DNA from: an uncultured Bacteroidaceae bacterium | GTDB lineage: Bacteria; Bacteroidota; Bacteroidia; Bacteroidales; GCA-2748055 | Direction of reading: 5' to 3' | Assembly (NCBI GenBank): GCA_964526475.1 | Contig: CAZGKF010000001.1 | Span: 12,138 to 76,137, forward strand | Length of the DNA: 64,000 bases | Part shown: positions 44,069 to 54,514 of the stretch, piece by piece | Layout of the letters: each line of letters begins with the position of its first letter | Position numbering within the stretch: position 1 is the first letter of the stretch | The notes under the pieces: model-generated | Told to the model about the DNA's origin: nothing | The model's database searches: none | What the model saw: only the letters and a program-made list of their open reading frames with translations | Made by a program: the position numbers and the translations under genes

Positions 44069-45889
44069 TTAAAACATCTGTAGTTTATGTAACTTTCTGT
44101 AGGCCCCTCCTTTTATCTCAAGCAGCTCATCATGTCTGCCTGATTCTTCAACTCTCCCGTCTTCAATTACAACTATCATATCAGCATGTTTAACGGTTGA
44201 CAACCTGTGGGCAATAACAACAGACGTCCTGTTTTTCATAAGATTAATAATAGCTTCCTGCACCAGTCTTTCCGATTCAGTGTCAAGAGAGGAGGTTGCC
44301 TCATCCAGTATCAATATTGGGGGATTTTTAAGCACGGCACGGGCTATACTAATTCTTTGCCGCTGCCCGCCTGACAACTTGCTGCCTCCTTCCCCGATAT
44401 TAGAATAATAACCATTTGGAGCTTCCATAATAAAATCATGTGCATTGGCTACCTTTGCCGCAGCAATAACTTCCTCCATCCCTGCATGCTCAACACCAAA
44501 AGCTATGTTATTGAAGAAGGTATCATTGAATAGTATAGAGTGTTGGCTTACAATCCCCATAAGCCTGCGCAGATCTTTAATTTTAAAATCTTTAACAGAG
44601 ACACCGTCAATAAAAATGTCGCCTTGAATTGTATCGATGAACCTGGGTAAAAGATCAACCATTGTGGATTTCCCAGCTCCTGATTTCCCAACCAGGGCAA
44701 TTGTTTTTCCCTTTTCAATCCTCAGGTTTATTTCTCTCAGCACCCACTCCTGCTCATACCTGAAAAAAACATTCTCAAACACAATTTCATTTTTAAATTC
44801 CCCGACAGATATTGCATCCTCCTTCTCAATGATCTTAATATCCGCATTAAGCACTTGCTCTATCCTGTCGGAAGAAGCCAGTCCTTTCAAAATATTATAA
44901 TAAGCTGTTGTAACAGATTTTGATGGATTAATAATCTGGGAAAAAATAACCAGATATGTTATAAGCACAGAAGAGGAGAGCGTTCCCTGATGCCCTAGTA
45001 CCATTGTGCCACCATACCATAGAACTATTACAAGTACAAAAACACCCAGAAATTCACTCAATGGGCTTGCCAGTTGCTGCCGGCGAAAAATCCTTTCTGT
45101 TAACCTGGTAAAAAGTTTATTTGCACTTTCAAATCTTGCCTGCATTTTATCTTCCGCATTAAATGCCTTAATGATGCGAAGACCTCCCAGGGTTTCTTCA
45201 AATACCGACATAATTACTCCAAGCTTTCGCTGTCCCTGTAAGGATGTACTTCTAAGGGTTTTTCCAATTCTCCCAATGATGATACCACTCAGGGGCAATA
45301 ATATGATAACAAAAAGTGTAAGCTGAAAGCTCATATAAAATAATGAAGCCAGATATATGATAATAAGAATAGGATCCCTGAATATCATTTCGAGAGACCG
45401 TACAACTGAAACTTCAATTTCCTGAACATCCTGAGCCATCCTTGACATTAAATCTCCCTTCTTTTCATCAGTAAAATATCCCAGAGGCAGTGAAAGTACC
45501 TTGCCGAAGACCTGATTCCTGATATCCTTTACAACCCCTGTACGTATAGGGATCATATAGAACTTTGACAGATAAAGAAACATATTCTTAAGCATAGAAG
45601 TAATTACAACCATCATCCCTACAAAAAATAAAGCATTTACCTTCCCTTTGTAAATTATCAGTTGACTGAGGTGGTAATTAAAGTTATGTATAATAGCTCC
45701 TGTGTTTAAAGAAAATGGTACCGGGTCAGTAACCAGATCTGAAGGTCCAAACAAGACATTAAGAAATGGAGCTACCATTGCAAGGCTGAAAAGTGAAAAC
45801 AAAGAAGACAATATAACAAAGCCTATACTAATAAATGCGTGCCATTTATAGGGTATAATATATCTGATTATCTTATATATATTCTTCAT
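44069..45889 (-). CDS. msbA: ABC transporter permease/ATPase, MsbA-like lipid exporter
   Basis: Six-TM N-terminal domain, Walker A GKSGAGKST, signature LSGGQRQR, and Walker B ILILDEATS. Confidence 0.9.
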   Translation of the reverse strand: MKNIYKIIRYIIPYKWHAFISIGFVILSSLFSLFSLAMVAPFLNVLFGPSDLVTDPVPFSLNTGAIIHNFNYHLSQLIIYKGKVNALFFVGMMVVITSMLKNMFLYLSKFYMIPIRTGVVKDIRNQVFGKVLSLPLGYFTDEKKGDLMSRMAQDVQEIEVSVVRSLEMIFRDPILIIIYLASLFYMSFQLTLFVIILLPLSGIIIGRIGKTLRSTSLQGQRKLGVIMSVFEETLGGLRIIKAFNAEDKMQARFESANKLFTRLTERIFRRQQLASPLSEFLGVFVLVIVLWYGGTMVLGHQGTLSSSVLITYLVIFSQIINPSKSVTTAYYNILKGLASSDRIEQVLNADIKIIEKEDAISVGEFKNEIVFENVFFRYEQEWVLREINLRIEKGKTIALVGKSGAGKSTMVDLLPRFIDTIQGDIFIDGVSVKDFKIKDLRRLMGIVSQHSILFNDTFFNNIAFGVEHAGMEEVIAAAKVANAHDFIMEAPNGYYSNIGEGGSKLSGGQRQRISIARAVLKNPPILILDEATSSLDTESERLVQEAIINLMKNRTSVVIAHRLSTVKHADMIVVIEDGRVEESGRHDELLEIKGGAYRKLHKLQMF

Positions 45890-45955
45890 CTGCTACCTGC
45901 AGGCAATTCAATTTTGTGAATAAGATGTAAACTAAACGAAAATACTTTTAAATAC

Positions 45956-47299
45956 TTATACACCAGTATAATTTTTTGGCGAAATGCTCTTAAGCTCCAT
46001 TTTTATTTTCTGAGAAAGATGAAGGGAATCAATAAAATCGTGTATCACTTCTTTTGTTATAGATTTATTAATTCTTGTCAATTCCTTAAGAGCCTCATAA
46101 GGCTCGGGATATTTTTCCCTTCTGAGAATGGTCTGTATAGCCTCTGCTATGACTGCCCAGTTATTTTCAAGATCATTCTCCATTTTATCCTTATTTAATA
46201 TCAACTTATTTAATCCATTCAACAATGATTTAAATGATAACACTGTATGAGCCATGGGGACACCTGCATTTCTTAAAACAGTTGAATCGGTGAGGTCCCT
46301 CTGCAGTCTTGATACAGGTAGTTTCTCTGATAAAAATCCAAACAGGGCATTTGCAACACCAAGGTTCCCTTCCGCATTCTCAAAATCAATAGGATTAACC
46401 TTATGAGGCATAGTGGAAGACCCTGTTTCTCCCGCCTTTATTTTTTGACGGAAATATTCCATGGAGATATATGACCATATATCTCTGGAAAAATCTATTA
46501 GAATAGTATTTATCCTTGATAAATTCTGAAATAATGCTGCGAGATTATCATAGTGTTCAATCTGTGTGGTTATCCTGGAACGCTGTAACAAGAGTTTTTT
46601 GTTCACAAACTTATCGGCGAACTCCACCCAGTCAATTCCTGGAAAAGCAGCAAAATGAGCATTAAAATTTCCCGTTGCCCCACCGAACTTTGCTGACCAG
46701 GGGATGTTCTGTAATTGATTAATTTGCATTTCAATTCTCTCCACAAATACCTTCATTTCTTTTCCCAAACGAGTCGGGGAAGCAGGCTGCCCATGAGTCC
46801 TGGCAAGCATGGGAATCTTTTCCCATTCATTCGCCAGAGTGTCAATAGCTGTTTTGAGCTTTTCCAATAAACTCATGTATTCCTTTTCCATAAAGTCTCT
46901 TATCAGTGCAGGAGTTGCAGTATTGTTAATATCCTGGGAGGTTAAACCAATATGAATAAATTCCTGGAATTCAGAGAGCCCTACTTTCCTTAGATACTCC
47001 TTAATAAAATATTCAACCGCCTTTACATCGTGGTTTGTGGTTTTTTCTATACTCTTAATCTTTTCAGCATCAGATAAAGTGAAATTCAGATATAGCTCAC
47101 GCAGCGATTCCACCTTTTTAGTGTCAGCATTCTTTAATTGAGGTAAGCCAAGTTCGCATAGTGCGATAAAATATTCCACTTCAACCCAGATTCTGTATTT
47201 TATTAATCCAAACTCAGAAAAATAAGGGGCCAGTAATTTTACTTTTTCCCGGTATCTTCCATCAACCGGAGAAATTGCCGTTAGTGGATTTAATTCCAT
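45956..47299 (-). CDS. purB: Adenylosuccinate lyase
   Basis: SPVDGRY, TSQDINNT and the GSSTMPHKVNP signature. Confidence 0.95.
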   Translation of the reverse strand: MELNPLTAISPVDGRYREKVKLLAPYFSEFGLIKYRIWVEVEYFIALCELGLPQLKNADTKKVESLRELYLNFTLSDAEKIKSIEKTTNHDVKAVEYFIKEYLRKVGLSEFQEFIHIGLTSQDINNTATPALIRDFMEKEYMSLLEKLKTAIDTLANEWEKIPMLARTHGQPASPTRLGKEMKVFVERIEMQINQLQNIPWSAKFGGATGNFNAHFAAFPGIDWVEFADKFVNKKLLLQRSRITTQIEHYDNLAALFQNLSRINTILIDFSRDIWSYISMEYFRQKIKAGETGSSTMPHKVNPIDFENAEGNLGVANALFGFLSEKLPVSRLQRDLTDSTVLRNAGVPMAHTVLSFKSLLNGLNKLILNKDKMENDLENNWAVIAEAIQTILRREKYPEPYEALKELTRINKSITKEVIHDFIDSLHLSQKIKMELKSISPKNYTGV

Positions 47300-47481
47300 A
47301 AGTTATGTTTAAACTGTAAAGTTATAAGTTTTTTTGTGATCGTATTAAAATTATCCTGACACATGTTCAAGATTTAAACCTCAAATCAATCAGGTACATG
47401 AAAAAGAAAAGAGTAGCGGGCATTTTTTTATGAATTAAGATAGATTTTATTCTTAAATTTATTCCGTAAAATCAATTTTAT

Positions 47482-48900
47482 ATGCTAAGATCAATGAATT
47501 CTATAAAAGGTATAACAGTGCTGCTGTTTCTTTTCGCTTTTTCCTTTGGCCAGGAATTAAGTACTCCGGAAGTTCTCAGGACGTTGGTATACAAATTTGA
47601 CATTAAGGAGCAGATTGCTCCACCCATATGGAGGATTACCCAAAAAGCATTTCAGGAAGCAGAGGATATGGGGGCTCAATATATCATTATCCATATGAAT
47701 ACCTATGGTGGACTTGTAGATGCAGCAGATTCTATCAGGACAAAGATCCTAAACAGTAAAATTCCTGTTTTTGTTTTTATTGATGATAATGCTGCTTCTG
47801 CCGGAGCGCTAATAGCCATTGCCTGTAATAGTATTTACATGCGTCCAGGCAGTAAAATTGGTGCCGCAACCGTTGTAAATCAGACAGGTGAGGTGGTCCC
47901 CGATAAGTTCCAGTCATATATGCGTGCTACTATGCGCAGTACTGCAGAAGCTCACGGAAAAGACACTCTGGTGGTTGAAAATGATACTATCATTAAATGG
48001 AAACGGGACCCAAAAATAGCTGAAGCCATGGTGGACCCTTCCATCTTTATACCCGGGGTAGTTGATACCGGGAAAGTTTTGACTTTTACTGCTGAAGAAG
48101 CTGTTGTTAACGGGTATTGTGAAGGTCTTATAAATAATATATCTGAACTTCTGGAAAAAGAAGGAATAGAAATGTATGAACTTGCTGAATTTAAAACCAC
48201 CCCGATTGATAAAATCATTAGTTTCCTGCTTAACCCTATAATACACGGACTCCTCATTATGATAATTATAGGAGGGTTATATTTTGAACTGCAAACTCCA
48301 GGAATAGGGTTCCCCCTTGCTGCTGCCGCAACTGCTGCAATTCTCTATTTTGCACCTTTATATCTTGAAGGTATAGCTCAAAACTGGGAGATGATAATTT
48401 TTGTTCTTGGCATTGCTCTTCTTCTTGTCGAAATATTTGCTATTCCGGGGTTCGGTATTGCCGGAGCAAGCGGAATAATTTTGATTATCACCGGATTAAC
48501 GCTTGCCATGGTAGACAATATAGTCTTCGACACCGGAGATATTTCCCTCATACTTAATACAGTATTTAAGGCATTTTTTATAGTTATAATCTCTATGTTT
48601 CTTTCATTAGTGCTATCTATATATTTAGGCAAGCAATTGATCACTTCCGGCTTATTCCCTCATCTTGCTTTGTGGGATACTCAGCAGAAAGACAATGGAT
48701 ATGTAGGTGTTGATATTTCTTTCTCCCGTCTTGCAGGGAAAACCGGAGAAGCATATACCGTGTTAAGACCATCAGGGAAAGTTATCATTGACGGGGAAAT
48801 ATATGATGCCAAGGCCGAATATGGTTTGATAGACAAGGGGGAAAAAATAATAGTTATACGACATGAAACAGGACAATTGTATGTTGAGAAAAGTACTTAG
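47482..48900 (+). CDS. nfeD: NfeD-family membrane-bound ClpP-class serine protease (long form)
   Basis: ClpP-like N-terminal domain (IHMNTYGGLVDAADSI...AASAGALIA), a central multi-TM region, and a C-terminal OB-fold tail (GEAYTVLRPSGKVIIDGEIYDA). Confidence 0.85.
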   Translation: MLRSMNSIKGITVLLFLFAFSFGQELSTPEVLRTLVYKFDIKEQIAPPIWRITQKAFQEAEDMGAQYIIIHMNTYGGLVDAADSIRTKILNSKIPVFVFIDDNAASAGALIAIACNSIYMRPGSKIGAATVVNQTGEVVPDKFQSYMRATMRSTAEAHGKDTLVVENDTIIKWKRDPKIAEAMVDPSIFIPGVVDTGKVLTFTAEEAVVNGYCEGLINNISELLEKEGIEMYELAEFKTTPIDKIISFLLNPIIHGLLIMIIIGGLYFELQTPGIGFPLAAAATAAILYFAPLYLEGIAQNWEMIIFVLGIALLLVEIFAIPGFGIAGASGIILIITGLTLAMVDNIVFDTGDISLILNTVFKAFFIVIISMFLSLVLSIYLGKQLITSGLFPHLALWDTQQKDNGYVGVDISFSRLAGKTGEAYTVLRPSGKVIIDGEIYDAKAEYGLIDKGEKIIVIRHETGQLYVEKST

Positions 48901-49151
48901 TAAAAATATCATGAATCTCAAAATACCTGAAAAAGTGATTATATTTTTAACCCCTATCAACATCCCAATCCCATAATATGTGTATAGAGATTAGACAGGA
49001 AGGAAGGGCTTGAATATTAAAAAGACAGGTGTGATATTTTCATAGAAAGACAATATCACGAACAAGGCATGAAAGGGATTGAACAATAATAGCCGTTAAA
49101 AAATAAATGCAGAAAAATATTCCCCTTCTGAAACCGCACAAACAGTTCATG

Positions 49152-49934
49152 TTAATGAAATATTTCATCCAATATTTTTCCGATTTTCTCTTCCAGGCTA
49201 CCCTTCATGCCCAGAGCCTTAATAAATGCGCTCCCTATAATAGCACCATTGGCATACTTACTGGCTGTATCATATGTCTTCTTGTTGGAAATTCCAAAAC
49301 CGGCTATTACAGGATTTTTTAAATCCATTGAATGAATTCTGTGAAAATATTCTATCTGTTTCTCATCAAAATTTTTTCTGACTCCGGTTGTGGAAGATGT
49401 AGAAACCATATATATAAAGCCTTCCGAAATCCCATCAATATATCGTATCCTCTCCTGAGAGGTTTGGGGGGTGATAAGGCATATTAAATATATATTATAT
49501 TTTCTGAAAGTCTCCTGGTATTGTTCAAGATATACCTCTAAGGGGAGATCAGGGATGATCAATCCATCAATACCTGTTTCATAACACTTCCGGAGAAATT
49601 TTCCCATTCCCATGCGGTAAACAGGGTTTAAATAACCCATTAAAATAAGTGGTATGCTGATTTTATCGCGGATACCATTTAATTGCTTAAACAGTAAATC
49701 CAGATGCATGCCATTTTTTAATGCTACATTATTGCTGTATTGAATAATTGGACCATCAGCTACCGGATCAGAGAATGGAATACCAATTTCCACCAGATCA
49801 ATCCTGTTTTTTTCAAGAATATTAATAATCCTTGAAGTATCATTCAATGAAGGATATCCTGCAGTAAAATAAACAGAAAAAATGTTTTCTGTTTTTTCTG
49901 AAAAAAGCTTGCTTATCCTGTTCATCAGATTCAC
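49152..49934 (-). CDS. trpA: Tryptophan synthase alpha chain
   Basis: VEIGIPFSDPVADGPIIQ, and GFGIS near the C-terminus. Confidence 0.95.
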   Translation of the reverse strand: MNLMNRISKLFSEKTENIFSVYFTAGYPSLNDTSRIINILEKNRIDLVEIGIPFSDPVADGPIIQYSNNVALKNGMHLDLLFKQLNGIRDKISIPLILMGYLNPVYRMGMGKFLRKCYETGIDGLIIPDLPLEVYLEQYQETFRKYNIYLICLITPQTSQERIRYIDGISEGFIYMVSTSSTTGVRKNFDEKQIEYFHRIHSMDLKNPVIAGFGISNKKTYDTASKYANGAIIGSAFIKALGMKGSLEEKIGKILDEIFH

Positions 49935-49947
49935 TTATAAATATGAT

Positions 49948-51153
49948 TTATATATTACTGTTATCCATTACATTAAGATATGCAGACATATCTTTCTCCC
50001 CTCTTCCCGACAAACATACAACAACCAGATCATCCTTACCCGCATTTAATTTCTCAAGAAAAGCAAGGGCATGAGAGGTTTCCAGTGCAGGGATAATACC
50101 TTCGAGTCTTGCAAGCTTAAATGCTGCATCAAGAGCTTCCTGATCAGTTACGCTTACATACTTTGCTCTGCCGGTTTTTGCCAGCCAGGCATGGAAAGGT
50201 CCTACTCCGGGATAATCAAGCCCGGCTGAGATAGAATAAGGTTCGGTTATCTGACCATCATCATCCTGTAATAACAAAGTTTTGCTTCCATGAATAATCC
50301 CGGGGGATCCGGAACATATGGTGGCTGCAGTATTTCCGGTATCAATGCCCATGCCGGCTGCCTCAACACCAATCAGCTTAACATCTTCCCTGTCTAAATA
50401 ATGAAAAAAAATTCCGGCAGCATTACTTCCCCCTCCAACGCAGGCAAGAATATAATCAGGATCTTCTCTTCCCTCTTTTTCCCGGAGCTGAAATATTAAT
50501 TCAGCACTAATTACCGACTGGAATTTTGCCACAAGATCGGGGTAAGGATGAGGCCCTACAACAGAACCAATGATATAATAAGTGTCTTCAGGATTGCAAA
50601 TCCAATCCCGCATTGCTTCATTTGTAGCATCCTTAAGTGTTTTGTTTCCCGAACATGCTGCAATAACTTTAGCACCCAGCATTTCCATCCGTCGCACATT
50701 TGGTTCCTGTCGTTTCATATCCAGTTCACCCATATAAACGACACATTCTAATCCCATAAGTGCCGATACAGTAGCTGTGGCAACTCCATGCTGACCTGCT
50801 CCTGTTTCAGCAATAATACGGGTTTTCCCCATCCGTTTGGCTAAAAGTATCTGACCTATGGTGTTGTTTATTTTATGTGAACCAGTATGATTCAGGTCTT
50901 CCCTCTTAAGATAGACTCGCGTATTGAATATCTTGCTAAGTCTTTCTGCATAATACAGTGGTGAAGGTCTGCCCGCATAATCCCGAAGTAAGTTATGAAA
51001 TTCAGACTGAAAGCTTTCAGATTCGATAATGTAATAATAATTCTTCCTTAACTCTTCAACATTACTCCTTAACATCTCAGGTATATAGGCTCCCCCAAAA
51101 TCGCCATAATAACCTTTGCTATCCGACAGATAGCTTTTTTCAATAATACGCAT
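49948..51153 (-). CDS. trpB: Tryptophan synthase beta chain
   Basis: [17 protein letters not shown] (PLP Lys) and GGGSNAAG. Confidence 0.95.
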   Translation of the reverse strand: MRIIEKSYLSDSKGYYGDFGGAYIPEMLRSNVEELRKNYYYIIESESFQSEFHNLLRDYAGRPSPLYYAERLSKIFNTRVYLKREDLNHTGSHKINNTIGQILLAKRMGKTRIIAETGAGQHGVATATVSALMGLECVVYMGELDMKRQEPNVRRMEMLGAKVIAACSGNKTLKDATNEAMRDWICNPEDTYYIIGSVVGPHPYPDLVAKFQSVISAELIFQLREKEGREDPDYILACVGGGSNAAGIFFHYLDREDVKLIGVEAAGMGIDTGNTAATICSGSPGIIHGSKTLLLQDDDGQITEPYSISAGLDYPGVGPFHAWLAKTGRAKYVSVTDQEALDAAFKLARLEGIIPALETSHALAFLEKLNAGKDDLVVVCLSGRGEKDMSAYLNVMDNSNI

Positions 51154-51214
51154 TCCTTTAATAATTTTAAATTAAAACTGCCGAATCAAATATTTAATAA
51201 GATAGTATTTGTTT

Positions 51215-51838
51215 TTACTTCCTGACAGATTTCATAAAAAGTTTAACTATTTCAGTATCTTTCAATCCTGCTGAAATTTCAAACCGGCTGTTAATATCTA
51301 CACCAGATAGGGACACTACAGATAATCCATTTATACTGGCTGAGTCTTCCGGACCAATTCCTCCACTAAGAAAAAACGGGTGTCCGAGATCATATTTTCT
51401 CAGCAAATTCCATTCAAATTTTCTTCCGGACCCACCATACTTTTCAGTTGGTGCATCGAAAAGGAAATAATCACAATAAGGAATATAAACAGACAGATCA
51501 TTAAAGTTGAATTCATCGTCAATTCTGAAAGCTTTGATAATCTTTACCCCGGAAGATTTCAATTCTCTGCATAGATCCGGACTCTCACTCCCGTGTAATT
51601 GCAGATAATCGAGTCCATATTTCCATTGTATCCCTGCAATCTCATACTCATCCTGATTTACAAAAACACCAGTCTTCTTTATTCTCTTAGGTATAACAGC
51701 CAGATCAGCTGGAGAAAGATAATTTCCAATATACCTTGGGGATACAGGATAAAAGTTAAAGCCTAAAAAGTCAGGTTTCAGTTTTACTAATTCCTGAAGG
51801 TTTTCTCTATATTTAATCCCACATATCTTAATCTTCAT
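51215..51838 (-). CDS. trpF: Phosphoribosylanthranilate isomerase
   Basis: MKIKICGI...D.LGFNFYP.SPRYI...LQLHG, in trp operon context. Confidence 0.9.
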   Translation of the reverse strand: MKIKICGIKYRENLQELVKLKPDFLGFNFYPVSPRYIGNYLSPADLAVIPKRIKKTGVFVNQDEYEIAGIQWKYGLDYLQLHGSESPDLCRELKSSGVKIIKAFRIDDEFNFNDLSVYIPYCDYFLFDAPTEKYGGSGRKFEWNLLRKYDLGHPFFLSGGIGPEDSASINGLSVVSLSGVDINSRFEISAGLKDTEIVKLFMKSVRK

Positions 51839-51960
51839 TTGTATATAAATATTTGGATTCAGGTATTATTCGATTAAAATTTCAACTAACTGATTTATTT
51901 ATTGACTGTTCATTAACAAATTAAATATTAATCACACAAGGCTTTTGTATCTACAAAAAA

Positions 51961-52764
51961 CTAATAAAGCTTCAATCTGATATTTTCACGCAAGTTGCAT
52001 ATAAAATCTTCGGCAGCTATCCATGGATTAATTGATTTCATAAAGTTTTCACCTATAAGGAAGGCCTGATAACCTGATTTATATAATTCCGTTGCAACAT
52101 TAATATCAGATATCCCGCTTTCTGCAACTTTGATACATTCTGAAGGTATTTTATCAACAAGTTGCAAGGATTTTCCGGTATTAATCTTAAAATTTCCCAG
52201 GTCTCTATTGTTTACACCGATTATTTGAATTCCGGGACACCATTTATCAAGATCGGATTCGTTATGAATTTCAAACAATAAATCTAAGTCAAATTCATTT
52301 GCAATAGCAGTAAAAGCTTTTATCTCACCGTGAGTAAGGATGGAAGCTATTAATAAAATACATGAAGCTCCAAATGCTTTTGATTCCAATATCTGGTATT
52401 CGTCAATAATGAAATCTTTTCTTAATAAAGGGAGTGAAGAATAACATGAAGCATCCTGAAGGTCGCAAAGACTACCTCCGAAAAAATCGCAATCAGTTAA
52501 CACTGAAATAGCATTTACCCCAGCATTTGTATAACCGGTAATGGTTTCATAAAGTCCGGAAGAATTATTTATTACTCCTTTTGAAGGAGACTTTCTTTTA
52601 AACTCAGCAATCACAGTTGGATAAGAGTTCACCAAAGAATCACTAAAAGATGCCCTTTTCATTCTGAAAGCCAGGGAGGACAGGTAAGATGCAGAAGGTA
52701 TCATGTTTTTACGTGAAGCAACTTCCTTCCTCTTTTTTCCAATAATCTCATCAAGAATTCTCAT
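51961..52764 (-). CDS. trpC: Indole-3-glycerol-phosphate synthase
   Basis: ILDEII..KR.EV, VIAEFKRKSPSKG, LRKDFIIDEYQI and IGVNNRDL. I prefer the start at MRILDEI. The ORF track extends to 52791. Confidence 0.9.
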   Translation of the reverse strand: MRILDEIIGKKRKEVASRKNMIPSASYLSSLAFRMKRASFSDSLVNSYPTVIAEFKRKSPSKGVINNSSGLYETITGYTNAGVNAISVLTDCDFFGGSLCDLQDASCYSSLPLLRKDFIIDEYQILESKAFGASCILLIASILTHGEIKAFTAIANEFDLDLLFEIHNESDLDKWCPGIQIIGVNNRDLGNFKINTGKSLQLVDKIPSECIKVAESGISDINVATELYKSGYQAFLIGENFMKSINPWIAAEDFICNLRENIRLKLY

Positions 52765-52837
52765 ACTATGTAATATTAATGGTTCTACCATGAATTAAAC
52801 AGAGCTGATTGGTATTCAGAACAGCTCTGTTATGGTC

Positions 52838-52875
52838 TTCTGTATTCTGTATCCTGCATTCTGTATTCTGTATTC
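52838..52875. repeat. Heptanucleotide tandem repeat (TTCTGTA x5, one variant unit) in the trpD-trpC spacer
   Basis: TTCTGTA TTCTGTA TCCTGCA TTCTGTA TTCTGTA TTC. A perfect 10-bp-stem hairpin follows at 52798-52831. Confidence 0.9.
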
Positions 52876-52897
52876 TTTTAATATTCTTCCATTAAAT

Positions 52898-53893
52898 TTA
52901 TGGTACAACCATATTAATTAATTTTTTAAACGTATAATATGCTTTCCCACTCAAAAGTGAATCTTCGGCCTGAAGAACACTCTCTTCTATGGAATTTCCC
53001 CGAATACACCTTAAGGCCATTGCAGCATTAATAATAACCACAGAATTCCATGCCCGGGTTCCTTTTCCTTTCAGTATTTTTAAAAAAACTTCTGCCGATT
53101 CTTCCACGCTACTACCTCCGGATATATTTTGTTGAGTAAGTTGTGAAAATCCAATCTTTTCAGGTGAAAACAATTGCTCTTCGTGATTGGAGATAACTTT
53201 AAATTCTGAAGTTAAGGAAATTTCGTCATATCCATCGAGGGAATATACTATGGAATAATTTTTATCTGTTCCCTGAAAAATATAATTAAAAAGCCTTGCT
53301 GTTTCAAGGTTGAATACACCAGTGAACTGATTCTTCGGAAATGATGGATTTACAAGAGGCCCCAGCATATTGAAGAATGTTTTAACTCCCAGTTCCTTTC
53401 TAACAGATGCTACAGATTTCATAGCAGGATGGAATAGTGGAGCATGCAGAAAACATATACCTGATTTCTCTATTTGCCTTAAAAGAACATCACGTTTATT
53501 GGTAAATTTATATCCGTAATATTCCATAATGTTACTTGAACCGCATAATGAGGATACCCCATAATTACCATGCTTGGCAACTTTCTCACCCGCACCTGCT
53601 ACAATAAAGGAAGCAAGGGTTGAAATATTAAAAGTATGTTTTCCGTCTCCACCGGTACCACAAAGATCAATTGTATTAAAATCAGAAAGATCTGTTCTCA
53701 GGCATAGATCAAGCAAAGCCTCCCTGAAACCTGAAAGTTCTTCCACGGTTATGGGTCTCATCATAAAAACTGTGAGAAAAGCAGCAACCTCTGCATAAGT
53801 GTATTCAGAACGTGCTATACGTGTAAGAATATCCCTTGCTGAAACCTTTGTCAGAAATTCATGCGCAGTAAGCTTTTGTAAGACTTCTTTCAT
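52898..53893 (-). CDS. trpD: Anthranilate phosphoribosyltransferase
   Basis: DLCGTGGDGKHTFNIST and KHGN motifs. Confidence 0.95.
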   Translation of the reverse strand: MKEVLQKLTAHEFLTKVSARDILTRIARSEYTYAEVAAFLTVFMMRPITVEELSGFREALLDLCLRTDLSDFNTIDLCGTGGDGKHTFNISTLASFIVAGAGEKVAKHGNYGVSSLCGSSNIMEYYGYKFTNKRDVLLRQIEKSGICFLHAPLFHPAMKSVASVRKELGVKTFFNMLGPLVNPSFPKNQFTGVFNLETARLFNYIFQGTDKNYSIVYSLDGYDEISLTSEFKVISNHEEQLFSPEKIGFSQLTQQNISGGSSVEESAEVFLKILKGKGTRAWNSVVIINAAMALRCIRGNSIEESVLQAEDSLLSGKAYYTFKKLINMVVP

Positions 53894-53931
53894 AATAATT
53901 ACAATGTTTATACGAATAATACCATTTGTAC

Positions 53932-54501
53932 TTATATATTTAACCAGTTAGCAATCATTTGTTTTCCATAACGTGTAAGAACAGACTCCGGATGAAACTG
54001 TACACCTTTAAGATCATACTCCAGATGACTGACTGCCATGATCACGTCATTTTCATCCCGGGCAGTTATTTTAATAACCTCAGGAAGAGTATCTTCCCTG
54101 ATAACCCAGGAATGATATCTCCCGGCAGTAAAATGTTCAGGAATTCCTCTGAAAGTTCTTTCATTCAAATCACAAACTTTCATATAAGTTGTAACTCCAT
54201 GATAAACTGAGCTTAAGTTGAGAAGGCTGCCTCCATAAACCTCTGCAATAGCCTGACAACCGAGGCAAACACCTAAGATACTCTTAAAGGGTGCGAACTC
54301 CCTTATAAGAGTTTTAGTTATACCCGCATCTGAGGGAACTCCGGGACCCGGAGAAATTAGAATTTTATCATATTCTGATATTTCTTCCAGCTTTATTTCA
54401 TCATTTCTGTAAACATCCACCGGCAGAAGAGTAAGCTCCTTGAGGTAATGTACCAGATTATAAGTGAAAGAATCGTAATTATCCAATACCATTATCTTCA
54501 T
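53932..54501 (-). CDS. trpG: Anthranilate synthase component II (glutamine amidotransferase)
   Basis: MKIMVLDNYDSFTYNLV, GVCLGCQ (catalytic Cys) and GVQFHPES. The start at 54501 avoids overlapping the end of trpE. Confidence 0.95.
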   Translation of the reverse strand: MKIMVLDNYDSFTYNLVHYLKELTLLPVDVYRNDEIKLEEISEYDKILISPGPGVPSDAGITKTLIREFAPFKSILGVCLGCQAIAEVYGGSLLNLSSVYHGVTTYMKVCDLNERTFRGIPEHFTAGRYHSWVIREDTLPEVIKITARDENDVIMAVSHLEYDLKGVQFHPESVLTRYGKQMIANWLNI

Positions 54502-54514
54502 ACATTTGCATTTT

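Noticed and set aside
47482-48900. NfeD protease without an adjacent SPFH/stomatin partner gene.
   Set aside because: The partner may be encoded elsewhere. Absence from this window is not evidence of anything unusual.
48960-49110. Short direct and inverted repeats (AGACAGG x2, GTGATATT/AATATCAC, AAGGGCTTGAA versus AAGGGATTGAA) in the nfeD-trpA convergent spacer.
   Set aside because: The matches are short and imperfect and are compatible with chance in AT-rich DNA. I could build no convincing structure or terminator from them.
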